From positions 210,001 through 242,000 of the forward strand of contig NC_006624.1 of the NCBI RefSeq assembly GCF_000009965.1: a DNA stretch of 32,000 nucleotides, in the 5' to 3' direction. How positions within the stretch are numbered: the first letter of the stretch is position 1; each line of letters starts with the position of its first letter. A model generated the notes under the pieces. The model searched no databases and had not been told where the DNA came from. It was given only the letters and a program-made list of their open reading frames with translations. Below, in pieces: positions 1 to 9,359 of the stretch. This DNA comes from Thermococcus kodakarensis KOD1 (GTDB lineage Archaea > Methanobacteriota_B > Thermococci > Thermococcales > Thermococcaceae). The position numbers and the translations under genes are program-made.

Positions 1-1
1 T

Positions 2-490
2 GACGAGGCCTACGTCGAGTTCGCGGGGAAAGACCTCCTCGGCCTCCTGGATGAGTATCCCAACCTCGTCCTCCTGAGAACCTTCTCAAAGGCCTTCAGC
101 TTAGCTGGAGCGAGGGTAGGCTACGCCCTCGCTAGCGAGGAGATAATTGAGGCACTCTACCGGATAAAGTCGCCCTTCAGCGTGGACATCTTCGCCCAGG
201 CTGTCGTTAAAGTCGTGCTGAGGCACCCAGGGCTCTTCAGGGAGAGGATTAGGGAAATAGTGAGGGAGCGCGAGAGGGTGAGGAGATCGCTCGGAGAGCT
301 GGCCTATCCGAGCGACGCCAACTTCCTCCTGGTTAAGGCGGACGCGCACTCCTTCCTCCTGGAGAGGGGAATAGTTGTGAGGAAGCTCTCGGGGAGGCTG
401 AAGGGACACATAAGGGTCACGATAGGGAGGAGGGAGAACGACGCCTTCCTGAAGGCGATGGAGGAGTGGAAGGATGTGGCTGGTCTTTGA
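2..490 (+). CDS. hisC: Histidinol-phosphate aminotransferase, C-terminal part (5' end outside window)
   Basis: Frame 2 is open from base 2. Translation is DEAYVEFAGKDLL...LRTFSKAFSLAGARVGYALAS, the class-II aminotransferase PLP-lysine motif typical of HisC. The track ORF 182..490 is the tail of this frame. Confidence 0.85.
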   Translation, partial: DEAYVEFAGKDLLGLLDEYPNLVLLRTFSKAFSLAGARVGYALASEEIIEALYRIKSPFSVDIFAQAVVKVVLRHPGLFRERIREIVRERERVRRSLGELAYPSDANFLLVKADAHSFLLERGIVVRKLSGRLKGHIRVTIGRRENDAFLKAMEEWKDVAGL

Positions 491-1202
491 CGTTGACGGG
501 ACGCTCATAGACGTGGGTGAAAGCTACGACATGGCAGTGAAGCTTACCGTCGAGTACCTCCTGGAGGAGCTTGGAAAGCCCTCGGAGGTTGAAATCGAGC
601 TGGTAAGGGAGCTGAGGAGGAAGGGAGTCTTTGGAGACGACTTTAAGCTCAGCGAGGCCCTGGTGAGGGCGGTTTTCTCCGGCCTGAATGACTGGGAACA
701 AATTCCAGAGGGAGTTGGGGTTGAGTACTTCAGGAGAAACTTCCCGCTTGGAATTGACCCGGGTCACGTTGAGAGGGTCTTCAACACCTTCTACCTGGGA
801 GAGCTCTACGAGGACAGGCTCTTTGACTTCGAGGGCCTCTGGAGGCTTGAAAAGCCGCTCGTAGATGTCGAGCTCCTCCGGGAGGCGGGGGAGAGGTTCA
901 AGCTGGGCGTTGTGACGGGGAGGAACAGACTGGAGATGGAGCTTGCAGAGAGGATCATCGGCTTCAGGTTTCCGAAGGTTGTGACGAGGGAAAGCGGTTT
1001 GAAGCCCGACCCCGAGCTCCTCCGATGCCTCGTAGGGGGTGAGGAGGGGGTTTACATCGGCGACACGGCAGGGGACGAGCTGTTCATCGAGAACTACAGG
1101 AAAAAATACGGGGACTTCGGCTTTCTGATGGTCGGAAGGGACGTGGAAAATGCGAACGAAGCGATAAAAATGTTTTTGGAGGAGGTTAAACGAGGGCCTT
1201 AA
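474..1202 (+). CDS. HAD-superfamily (DDDD) phosphatase, candidate histidinol-phosphate phosphatase
   Basis: 242 aa. HAD motifs are present: I FDVDGT, II VVTGR, III K in GLKPDP, IV GDTAGDE. Its start overlaps the hisC stop by 17 nt, suggesting translational coupling. Confidence 0.8.
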   Translation: MWLVFDVDGTLIDVGESYDMAVKLTVEYLLEELGKPSEVEIELVRELRRKGVFGDDFKLSEALVRAVFSGLNDWEQIPEGVGVEYFRRNFPLGIDPGHVERVFNTFYLGELYEDRLFDFEGLWRLEKPLVDVELLREAGERFKLGVVTGRNRLEMELAERIIGFRFPKVVTRESGLKPDPELLRCLVGGEEGVYIGDTAGDELFIENYRKKYGDFGFLMVGRDVENANEAIKMFLEEVKRGP

Positions 1203-1213
1203 CGCCCTCTCGG

Positions 1214-1221
1214 TCTTTTTA
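1214..1221 (+). terminator. Oligo-T tract (T5) after the HAD gene, possible his-operon terminator
   Basis: tcTTTTTa lies 14 nt downstream of the stop at 1200-1202. Archaeal termination uses oligo-T. Confidence 0.35.
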
Positions 1222-1231
1222 GCTACTCCCT

Positions 1232-1264
1232 TGGACACCTCAGCATGTCCAAAGCCTTATATCC
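1232..1264 (+). promoter_or_regulatory. trp operon promoter: perfect Tar operator followed by a TATA box
   Basis: TGGACA (1232-1237), cctcagca, TGTCCA (1246-1251), aagcc, TTATATcc (1257-1264). This lies about 40 nt upstream of the trpC ATG. Confidence 0.8.
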
Positions 1265-1295
1265 CAACTCCCCCTTTTGACACCGGTGAGTTCAA

Positions 1296-1331
1296 ATGGG
1301 TGATGGTTTTTGGATTAAGCAGGGCTATTAG
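1296..1331 (+). other. Candidate 11-codon leader ORF MGDGFWIKQGY* overlapping the trpC start out of frame
   Basis: GGTGAG (1285-1290) sits 5 nt before ATG 1296. ATG GGT GAT GGT TTT TGG ATT AAG CAG GGC TAT TAG. It is the first AUG after the predicted TSS. Confidence 0.3.
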
Positions 1332-1986
1332 AAAAGCCGAAAAGAACGCCATAATAGCCGAGCTGAAGGTCTATTCTCCGAAGTACGGGGATCTTCTGAA
1401 GGGCAGGAACCCCTTTGAGATCCTTAGGGCCTACGAAAGGGCAGGAGCGGTTGGAATCTCTTACATAACCGACCCGAAGTACTTCAGGGGAAGCTTTGAG
1501 TTCCTCAGGAAACTCTGCAGGGAAACGGAACTGCCAGTTTTGCGGAAGGACTTCATAGCCAGCAAGGAGGAAGTCGAAAGGACTGCTGAAGCAGGAGCTT
1601 CGGCGGTTCTCCTGATAACGCGGCTTCTGAAAGAGGAACTGCCCGAGTTCGTGGACTTCGCGAAGGAGCACGGCTTGGACACCCTCGTGGAGGTGCACAG
1701 CGAGGAGGAGCTGGCGATAGCACTCCAGACGGACTCAACGATGATAGGGATAAACAACCGCGACATAGGGAAGCTTGAGCTCGACGATGGCAACGTGAGC
1801 CTAACGGAAAAGCTGGCGCCGCTCATACCGAAAAGATACGTGAAGGTCAGCGAGAGCGGCATAGCGGGCACGGAAGACCTGAAGAGGGCTTTAAGACATG
1901 CGGATGCCGCTCTGATAGGCACCGCGCTCATGAAGACCCCGGATCCTGAGGAGTTTCTCAGGAAGCTCGTGGAGGTGGAAGTATGA
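1303..1986 (+). CDS. trpC: Indole-3-glycerol-phosphate synthase
   Basis: IGPS-like sequence (AELKVYSPKYGDL, GINNRDI, SESGI). The track ORF starts at 1231 but would cover the operator and TATA, so ATG 1303 (MVFGLSRAIRK, 227 aa) is preferred. Confidence 0.9.
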   Translation: MVFGLSRAIRKAEKNAIIAELKVYSPKYGDLLKGRNPFEILRAYERAGAVGISYITDPKYFRGSFEFLRKLCRETELPVLRKDFIASKEEVERTAEAGASAVLLITRLLKEELPEFVDFAKEHGLDTLVEVHSEEELAIALQTDSTMIGINNRDIGKLELDDGNVSLTEKLAPLIPKRYVKVSESGIAGTEDLKRALRHADAALIGTALMKTPDPEEFLRKLVEVEV

Positions 1987-2960
1987 GCCTTCTTGCGAAG
2001 ATCGTCGATGGAAAGAACCTGAGCTTTGAGGAGGCCTACGAGCTCTTCAACGAGCTGAAGGGGAGCGATGGAGTGCTTATAGGGGCCTACCTGGCTGCAC
2101 TCCAGACCAAGGGCTACACCGGCGAAGAGCTCGCGGGTCTGGCGAGGGCAATGAGGGACAGCGCAGTCAAGCTCGACCTCGGGAAGGTGGCCGATACAGC
2201 CGGGACGGGGGGAGACGGCAGCTCGACCATAAACGTCAGCACGGCCTCGGCTTTGATACTCTCGGCCTTCACGAGGGTCGCTAAACACGGAAACGTTTCC
2301 ATAACATCGAAGAGCGGCTCAGCCAACGTACTTGAGGCGCTTGGCTTAAACATACGGGTTTCCCCGGAGAGGGCCAGGGAGATGGTCGAAAGCACGAACT
2401 TCACGTTCATCTTCGCTCCCGCCTATCACCCGGCACTCAGACCAATAATGCCCGTGAGAAAGGCCCTCGGGATAAAGACAGTCTTCAACGTCATCGGGCC
2501 GCTTGCGAATCCAGCGGATCCAGCATACCAGGTAGTCGGAGTCAACTCTCCAGAGCTTCTGGAACCCGTGGCAGAGGCCCTGGAGTTCCTTGGGGTTGAG
2601 AGGGCCCTGGTTGTCCACGGTTCGGGCATGGATGAGGTGTCCCCACACAGAGAGACCCTCGTCCTGGAGGTTGGCAATGGAGTTGAGAGGTACACGCTCT
2701 CACCTGAGGACTTCGGAATCGAGCCTGTGAAGCCCCTGCCGTGCTCCTCCCCGGAAGAGAGCGCCGCGAGGATAAAGGCGGTTCTAGGGGGTTCGGGAAG
2801 GCGGGAGGACAGGGACTTCATCCTCGTCAACGCTTCGGCGGCTCTCTACGCGTCAGGGGTTGCGGAGGACTTTAGGGAGGGCCTTGAGATGGCCAGGGAA
2901 GCCCTGGGCCAGGGAATGCTTGAAAAACTGGAGGAGATAGCATGCCTCTCAAAAAGCTGA
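1983..2960 (+). CDS. trpD: Anthranilate phosphoribosyltransferase
   Basis: 325 aa with DTAGTGGDG and KHGN motifs. ATGA overlap with trpC. Confidence 0.95.
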   Translation: MSLLAKIVDGKNLSFEEAYELFNELKGSDGVLIGAYLAALQTKGYTGEELAGLARAMRDSAVKLDLGKVADTAGTGGDGSSTINVSTASALILSAFTRVAKHGNVSITSKSGSANVLEALGLNIRVSPERAREMVESTNFTFIFAPAYHPALRPIMPVRKALGIKTVFNVIGPLANPADPAYQVVGVNSPELLEPVAEALEFLGVERALVVHGSGMDEVSPHRETLVLEVGNGVERYTLSPEDFGIEPVKPLPCSSPEESAARIKAVLGGSGRREDRDFILVNASAALYASGVAEDFREGLEMAREALGQGMLEKLEEIACLSKS

Positions 2961-4243
2961 AGCCCGTTGACCCTTTGAAGCTCTACAGCGCCCTTAGAGA
3001 CTTTGGGATGCCATTCATGCTCCGCTCTGCCGAGAAGGACTCCAGGAAGGCCAGATTCACCTACATATCGGCCGAGCCGGAGTTCGTCGTGGAGGTCGGC
3101 GAGGGGACTGAGATCGACGGGGAGCGAGTTTCCGACGAGAGGAACCCCCTCAGAGCTCTTAAAGGGCTCATGGGGGAGAGGGTCGAGGGCAGGAGGTTCA
3201 TGGGTGGCTTCGTTGGCTACGTCTCCTACGATTCGGTACACTCCATCATCGGGGGGAAGATCGAAGAGCCCTCGGTCTTCGGCTACTACCCCTGGACCTT
3301 CATCTACGACCACTCTACCGGCGCTCTTTCCTTCTTTTACCTCAGAGAGGCTCCTTTCGACCCCGAGGCCTTAGTTGAAAGGGCCAGGAGGGAAGAGTCA
3401 CGGCTTGAAGACGGCGGTTCGGAGGTCATATCCACCGACGCGGGCATGGAAGAGTTCGTTGAAATCGTCAGGGCTGGGAAGGAGTACATCTACTCGGGGG
3501 ACGTCTTCCAGGTGGTTCTGTCGCGCGAGTACAGGGTTAGAACGGATCTCGATGCCCTCGAAATCTACAAGCGGCTCGTGGAGCTCAACCCCTCCCCGTA
3601 CACCTTCATCCTGGAGTTCGAGAAGACCGTCGTAGGGGCCTCACCCGAAACCATGGGTTCCGTCGAGGGGAGAACCTTCAAGATAAACCCCATAGCAGGA
3701 ACAGCGCCGAGGGGAAGGACGGGGGAGGAAGACCGGGAGCTGGAAAAGGCCCTACTCTCCGACGAGAAAGAGCGAGCTGAGCACGTCATGCTCGTTGACC
3801 TTGCTAGAAACGACGTCAGGAGGGTTTCAAAGCCCGGGAGCGTTAGGCTAACCCGCTTCTTCGACGTCCTGAAGTACAGCCACGTCCAGCACATAGAGAG
3901 CGAGGTGGTCGGTGAACTCGATGAGGGGAAAAACGCGTTCGACGCCATGGAGGCGGCTTTTCCGGCGGGAACACTAACCGGAGCCCCGAAGATAAGGGCG
4001 ATGGAGATCATAGACGAGCTGGAGAGGAGCAGGAGAAAGGTCTACGGGGGAGCAGTGGGTTACTTCTCCCTCACCGGGGACGCCGACATGGCGATAGCGA
4101 TAAGGATGGCCGAGATCGAGGGCAGGAAAGCGAGCGTTAGGGCCGGGGCAGGAATAGTGGCGGATTCAGTTCCAGAGAAGGAGTTCTTCGAGACCGAGAA
4201 CAAAATGAGAGCAGTTCTGAAGGCGCTGGGGGTGAGGGAATGA
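2942..4243 (+). CDS. trpE: Anthranilate synthase component I
   Basis: 433 aa with chorismate-binding family motifs (FQVVLSR, NPSPY, GAPK, ERSRRKVYGGAVGY). 19-nt overlap with trpD. Confidence 0.95.
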   Translation: MPLKKLKPVDPLKLYSALRDFGMPFMLRSAEKDSRKARFTYISAEPEFVVEVGEGTEIDGERVSDERNPLRALKGLMGERVEGRRFMGGFVGYVSYDSVHSIIGGKIEEPSVFGYYPWTFIYDHSTGALSFFYLREAPFDPEALVERARREESRLEDGGSEVISTDAGMEEFVEIVRAGKEYIYSGDVFQVVLSREYRVRTDLDALEIYKRLVELNPSPYTFILEFEKTVVGASPETMGSVEGRTFKINPIAGTAPRGRTGEEDRELEKALLSDEKERAEHVMLVDLARNDVRRVSKPGSVRLTRFFDVLKYSHVQHIESEVVGELDEGKNAFDAMEAAFPAGTLTGAPKIRAMEIIDELERSRRKVYGGAVGYFSLTGDADMAIAIRMAEIEGRKASVRAGAGIVADSVPEKEFFETENKMRAVLKALGVRE

Positions 4244-4818
4244 TAGTCCTCGTCAACAACAGGGACTCCTTCGTCTGGAATTTAGCCGAGTACGCCTCCC
4301 TCTTCGACAGAGTGAAGGTCGTTCCGAACACTATAACCGTTGGGGAGCTCAGAAGGCTCGACCCCGATGGAGTGATAATCTCCCCCGGCCCGGGGCACCC
4401 GCTCGAGAGGAGGGAAGTGGGAAACTCGCCGGAGATAGTCCTCGAGGCGGGGGTACCTATCCTCGGGGTCTGCCTCGGCCACCAGATAATAGCGACGGCA
4501 TTCGGCGGGAAGGTGGGGAGGGTAAAGCCCAGGCACGGGAAGGCCAGCCCCGTGAAGCACGACGGGAAGGGCGTTTTGAGGGGAATCAAGAACCCGCTGA
4601 CCGCTGGAAGGTACCACTCCCTCGCCGTTCTGGAGGTTCCAAGGGAGTTTGATGTGAGCGCCGTTTCCCTCGACGATAACGTGGTCATGGGGATAAGGCA
4701 CAGGAAGCTCCCGATAGAGGGCCTTCAGTTCCACCCTGAAAGCGTTCTGACCGAATGGGAGAGGAAAGAAGGCTTGAGGATCATCAAAAACTTCGTGGAG
4801 ATGAGCAGAAATGGTTGA
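4240..4818 (+). CDS. trpG: Anthranilate synthase component II (glutamine amidotransferase)
   Basis: 192 aa with the class-I GATase triad context GVCLGHQ and FHPES. Confidence 0.95.
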   Translation: MIVLVNNRDSFVWNLAEYASLFDRVKVVPNTITVGELRRLDPDGVIISPGPGHPLERREVGNSPEIVLEAGVPILGVCLGHQIIATAFGGKVGRVKPRHGKASPVKHDGKGVLRGIKNPLTAGRYHSLAVLEVPREFDVSAVSLDDNVVMGIRHRKLPIEGLQFHPESVLTEWERKEGLRIIKNFVEMSRNG

Positions 4819-5437
4819 GTTCGTTAAGATATGCGGCGTAAAAACAATGGATGAGCTCAGGCTTGTCGAGAGGTACGCCGATGCAACGGGAGTGGTGGTG
4901 AACTCAAGGTCGAAGAGGAAGGTGCCGCTGAAGACGGCCGCGGAGCTGATTGAGATGGCAGAGATCCCAATCTACCTCGTTTCCACCATGAAGACCTTCC
5001 CAGAGTGGGCCAACGCGGTAGAGAAGACCGGGGCCGAGTACATACAGGTGCACTCGGACATGCACCCCAAGGCCGTCAACAGGCTGAAGGATGAGTACGG
5101 GGTGAGCGTTATGAAGGCCTTCATGGTCCCAAGGGAGAGCGACGACCCCGCGGAAGATGCGGAAAGGCTCCTCGAGCTCATAGGGCAGTACGAGGTTGAC
5201 AAGATACTCCTCGACACAGGGGTGGGGAGCGGGAGGAGGCACGACTACAGGGTGAGCGCGATAATAGCCAAGGAGTACCCGATAGTCCTGGCCGGAGGTT
5301 TGACCCCGGAGAACGTTGGGGAAGCGATAAGGTGGGTTAAACCAGCTGGAGTCGACGTTTCGAGCGGCGTTGAGAGGAACGGCGTCAAGGACAGGGTTTT
5401 GATAGAGGCCTTCATGGCGGTGGTGAGGAATGGATGA
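4811..5437 (+). CDS. trpF: Phosphoribosylanthranilate isomerase
   Basis: 208 aa with VKICG N-terminus and AGGL..ENV motif. Position between trpG and trpB. Confidence 0.9.
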
Positions 5438-6599
5438 TATGTTCTTCGGAAGGTTTGGGGGCCAGTTCGTCCCCGAGACGCTTATAGAACCTTTGAAGAA
5501 GCTTGAAAGGGCTTACAAAAAGTTCAAGGACGACCCTGAGTTCAACGAAACCCTCGAGTACTACCTGCGGAACTGGGCGGGAAGGCCGACGCCCCTCTAC
5601 TACGCGGAGAGGCTTAGCAAAAAGCTGGGAGGGGCGAAGATATACCTCAAGAGGGAGGACCTCCTCCACGGCGGGGCCCACAAGACGAACAACGGCATAG
5701 GGCAGGCCCTCCTCGCCAAGTTCATGGGCAAGGAGAGGCTCATAGCCGAGACCGGGGCGGGCCAGCACGGCGTCGCCACGGCCATGGCGGGGGCGCTCCT
5801 CGGGATGAAGGTAGACGTTTACATGGGCGCCGAAGACGTCGAGAGGCAGAAGATGAACGTCTTCCGCATGGGGCTGCTCGGCGCGAGGGTTATTCCCGTC
5901 GAAAGCGGCTCAAGAACCCTGAAGGATGCCATAAACGAGGCCCTCCGCGACTGGGTTGCCACCTTCGAGTACTCCCACTACCTAATAGGCTCGGTTGTCG
6001 GGCCCTACCCATACCCGGTCATCGTGAGGGACTTCCAGTCGGTAATAGGCAGGGAGGCCAGGGAGCAGATACTCGAAGCCGAGGGGACGCTACCGGATGC
6101 GGTAGTGGCATGTGTCGGGGGCGGGAGCAACGCAATGGGCATCTTCTACCCCTTCGTGAACGATAGGGTCAGGCTCATAGGCGTCGAAGCCGGGGGAAAG
6201 GGCCTCGAAACGGGCCTCCACGCGGCCTCGCTGAACGCCGGCGAGCTCGGCGTTTTCCACGGCATGCTCAGCTACTTCCTCCAGAACGAGGAGGGCCAGA
6301 TAACTCCTACCCACAGCGTTTCGGCGGGGCTCGACTACCCGGGAGTTGGTCCCGAGCACGCCTACCTCAAGGATAGCGGAAGGGCCGAGTACGTCACGGT
6401 GACCGACGAGGAGGCTCTGAGAGCCTTCCACGAGCTTTCCAGGACGGAGGGAATACTTCCAGCGCTCGAATCGGCCCACGCGGTAGCCTACGCGATGAAA
6501 ATAGCCCCAGAGATGGATAAAGACGAGATAATCATAGTCAACCTCTCTGGGAGGGGCGACAAGGACCTGGATATAGTCAGGAGGGTCGGGAATGTTTGA
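5430..6599 (+). CDS. trpB: Tryptophan synthase beta chain
   Basis: 389 aa with [17 protein letters not shown] and GGGSNA motifs. An alternative ATG exists at 5439. Confidence 0.95.
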
Positions 6600-7347
6600 G
6601 AAGGGCTCGCTGATTCCCTATCTCACGGCCGGCGACCCGAGTGTCGAAAAGACCCTTGAGTTTTTACTAGCGGTCGAAGAGTTCGCCGGTCTAATAGAGC
6701 TCGGAATCCCCTTCAGCGACCCGATGGCGGACGGGAAGACGATCCAGGAGTCCCACTACCGCGCCCTGAGGAACGGCTTCAAACTCGATGATACCTTCAG
6801 GATCCTCCGCGAGTTCAGGAGGCACTCCTCTACCCCAGTAATTCTGATGACCTACTACAACCCGGTTTTCAGGACGGGCGTTAAGAAGTTCCTCGGAGAG
6901 GCTAAGGCCAGCGGGGCCGACGGGATCCTCGTGGTTGACCTTCCTGTGAGCCATGCAGGGGAATTCCTCGATGCGGCCAAGGAAGAGGGGCTAAAGACAG
7001 TATTTCTTGCAGCCCCAAACACTCCCGATGAAAGGCTTAGGGAGATAGATAAAGCCTCTACCGGCTTCGTCTACCTTATCTCCCTGTACGGGACCACTGG
7101 AGCCCGCGACAGACTTCCCGAGACGGCTTTCGAGTTCGTGAGGCGCGCCAGAAAGATATGCAACAACAAGCTGGCAGTCGGCTTCGGTGTTTCGAGGAGG
7201 GAGCAGGTGGAGGAGCTTTTGAAGGCTGGAGCCGACGGGGTTGTCGTTGGAAGCGCGCTTATAGAGCTAATATCCCGCAGTGAGAACCCCGTGGAGGAGC
7301 TGAGGAGAAAGGTGGCGGAGCTCTCGGGCTACTCCAGAGCTCTGTAG
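6592..7347 (+). CDS. trpA: Tryptophan synthase alpha chain
   Basis: 251 aa with [14 protein letters not shown] and GFGVS motifs. 8-nt overlap with trpB. Confidence 0.95.
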
Positions 7348-8099
7348 AACCTTTCGTAGGCCTCTTCTATTTCTTCCCATTCCAGTTTTTCCCTGAGTCT
7401 CTCCGGGTCCGGCGGGTTTTTCCTCATGAAGTCTAGGAACTCCTCTATCTGCTCCCTGGACATGCTGAGGACTTCCCTTATGAAATCGGGAGAATCGTGG
7501 AGCACCGCCTTTCCGTAGGTCTCCAGGAAGGCCCAGGAGGTTCCGCCAAACTCCTCCAGTCCGAGCTCCCTGGAGAGCGAGAGGTAGCTTAATCCGATGA
7601 AGTAGGGGACGCCTATGACGAAGCCCATGAGCCTGTCGTGGGTCTTCCAGTCGAGGAAGGACACGTTCCCCCCGATGGAGCGTATAAAGTCGGCGACTTC
7701 CTCCGCATCCTTCTCCCTTCCTGGAATGGGGACCGTTATGAACCTCTTCCCCTCGATGGTCTTCGCCCCGGGCCCGAACATCGGGTGAACGCTCGCAACT
7801 CTTGTTTCCTCGCCAAAGCCCGCGTAGGCTTCAACAACGCGGGACTTGAAAGTGGCTATGTCGAAGACGATCTTTTTCCCGCCGTGCTCCCTCGATATTT
7901 CCGCGAGCCTCTCCAGCCTTTTCGGGACAGTGTCGAGGGATGAGGCTACCATTATCACGTCCGACTTCAGGTAGAGTTCCTCCAGCGATCCAACGTCGCT
8001 CCGCCCGTGTTCGGAGTAGAAGATCACCTCGAACCTTCCGCCGAGACACCTCTCGAAGAGCCTTCCCATCCTTCCGTAGCCCGCGATTCCAATGCGCAT
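7329..8099 (-). CDS. tyrA: Prephenate dehydrogenase
   Basis: 256 aa with N-terminal Rossmann MRIGIAGYGRMG. Last gene of the CM-aminotransferase-tyrA unit. Its 3' end overlaps the trpA 3' end by 19 nt. Confidence 0.85.
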   Translation of the reverse strand: MRIGIAGYGRMGRLFERCLGGRFEVIFYSEHGRSDVGSLEELYLKSDVIMVASSLDTVPKRLERLAEISREHGGKKIVFDIATFKSRVVEAYAGFGEETRVASVHPMFGPGAKTIEGKRFITVPIPGREKDAEEVADFIRSIGGNVSFLDWKTHDRLMGFVIGVPYFIGLSYLSLSRELGLEEFGGTSWAFLETYGKAVLHDSPDFIREVLSMSREQIEEFLDFMRKNPPDPERLREKLEWEEIEEAYERFYRALE

Positions 8100-9118
8100 T
8101 CCAACTCCTCCCTAATGACCCTTAATCCCCTCTCAAGCCCCTTCCCTGAGAGGGATATCCTTATGAAGTTGGGGTAGTCGCCAAAGGCCATTCCTGGAAA
8201 AACGGCAACTCCCCTTGAGAGCAGCCTCTCGGCGAAGGCCATCCCGTCCTGGGGCGTTCTGAGGAAGATGTAGAAAGCTCCCTCCGGCTCAACGAAGTCG
8301 AAACCCCTGAGCATCTTTGAGGCCATCCTGACCCTCTCAAGGTATGCCCTCCTGACTTCTTTGATGAGTTCATCCCTGAGTTCGAGTGCCTTTACTCCAG
8401 CCCTCTGAACGAAGGGAGGGACACATGTTACCGTGCTCTCTATGAACCTCTGTATCCTCCTGATCTCGTTCCGCTCTCCTATTGCGTAGCCGAGCCTGAA
8501 GCCGGTCATGGAGTAGAGCTTTGAAAAGCCCTTAACTGTAACGACGTTTTCGTAGAGCTCTCTCGCTGGCGTAAAGCGGGTGAAGCTGAGCTCAGCGTAA
8601 ACCTCGTCCGAGAGCACCTTAACACCGTTCTCCTCGGCGACATCGAGCAGTCCCCTGATCTCCTTACCAGACAGAACCCTCCCCGTCGGGTTGTTGGGGT
8701 AGTTGATTATGATGAGGTCAGCTTTTATCTCCTCAACCCTCGGAATCCACCTCTCATCCAGGGTCGTTTTTATAACCTCTACCTCCCTCCAGAACTGGCG
8801 GGCTATCAGCGAATAGGCGTTCCAGCGGGGAGAAACGACGGCCACTTTTTTAGCAGACGCTATCTCCGCCGCTATGAGGATCTTCGCACCTGGGGCGACG
8901 ATGACTTCATCGGCCGAAACCCCCTCGAACTCGGCTATCCTCTCCCTCAGCTCCCTTATTCCGCCGGTACTCGTGTAACCGGTTTCTCCCCTCCTGAGCG
9001 ACTCTACAGCCTCCTCGATTATCTCCCTCCTGACCGGTATGTCCGGCTGACCGGCGTCGAGCCTCGACTCAGGCCTAACCTCATTTATCCTGTTGAAAAA
9101 CTCGTAAACGTTGAACAT
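8024..9118 (-). CDS. Class-I PLP aminotransferase, probable aromatic/aspartate aminotransferase
   Basis: 364 aa with NYPNNPTG and the PLP lysine in GFSKLYSMTGFRLGY. It sits between chorismate mutase and tyrA. Confidence 0.9.
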   Translation of the reverse strand: MFNVYEFFNRINEVRPESRLDAGQPDIPVRREIIEEAVESLRRGETGYTSTGGIRELRERIAEFEGVSADEVIVAPGAKILIAAEIASAKKVAVVSPRWNAYSLIARQFWREVEVIKTTLDERWIPRVEEIKADLIIINYPNNPTGRVLSGKEIRGLLDVAEENGVKVLSDEVYAELSFTRFTPARELYENVVTVKGFSKLYSMTGFRLGYAIGERNEIRRIQRFIESTVTCVPPFVQRAGVKALELRDELIKEVRRAYLERVRMASKMLRGFDFVEPEGAFYIFLRTPQDGMAFAERLLSRGVAVFPGMAFGDYPNFIRISLSGKGLERGLRVIREELECALESRATEGWEGSSRGVSAEGSR

Positions 9119-9359
9119 CCCTGCTCACCTCAAGGATGGCTTCGAAAACCCTCCTAAATTCGCCTGCCCTGGATAGAACTTCTCTCTCCCTGTCCGGGTC
9201 GTAAACTGGCATTTCGAGCTTTAGCTTGGCTTCCCCTATGGCCTTTGCTACTTCCATCCTCCTCTGGAGAAGCTGGAGAATTTCCCGGTCAATCTCGTCT
9301 ATCCTTCTCCTCAGAATGGCAAGTTCTACAAGATCAGGACTCGATATTGGCGGGACATC
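9081..9359 (-). CDS. AroQ-type chorismate mutase, not in the ORF track and lacking an in-frame ATG/GTG/TTG before the catalytic helix
   Basis: My own translation of the - strand: (GDVPP)ISSPDLVELAILRRRIDEIDREILQLLQRRMEVAKAIGEAKLKLEMPVYDPDREREVLSRAGEFRRVFEAILEVSRDVQRLRVFQQDK*. This is the LRxxIDxIDxxIL signature. The first canonical in-frame start is ATG 9257, giving only 58 aa. The 5' boundary is uncertain. Confidence 0.8.
   Translation of the reverse strand, partial: DVPPISSPDLVELAILRRRIDEIDREILQLLQRRMEVAKAIGEAKLKLEMPVYDPDREREVLSRAGEFRRVFEAILEVSRDVQRLRVFQQDK
9326..9358 (-). other. Candidate 10-codon leader ORF MSRQYRVLIL* out of frame with chorismate mutase
   Basis: GGTGACGGTG precedes ATG 9358. 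ATG TCC CGC CAA TAT CGA GTC CTG ATC TTG TAG. It is the first AUG after the predicted TSS. Confidence 0.3.

Noticed and set aside
417-1238. 273-aa ORF antisense to the HAD phosphatase gene
   Set aside because: No recognisable motifs and low-complexity P/L/E-rich sequence. The opposite strand encodes a protein with all four HAD motifs. This is a typical shadow ORF in GC-rich coding DNA.
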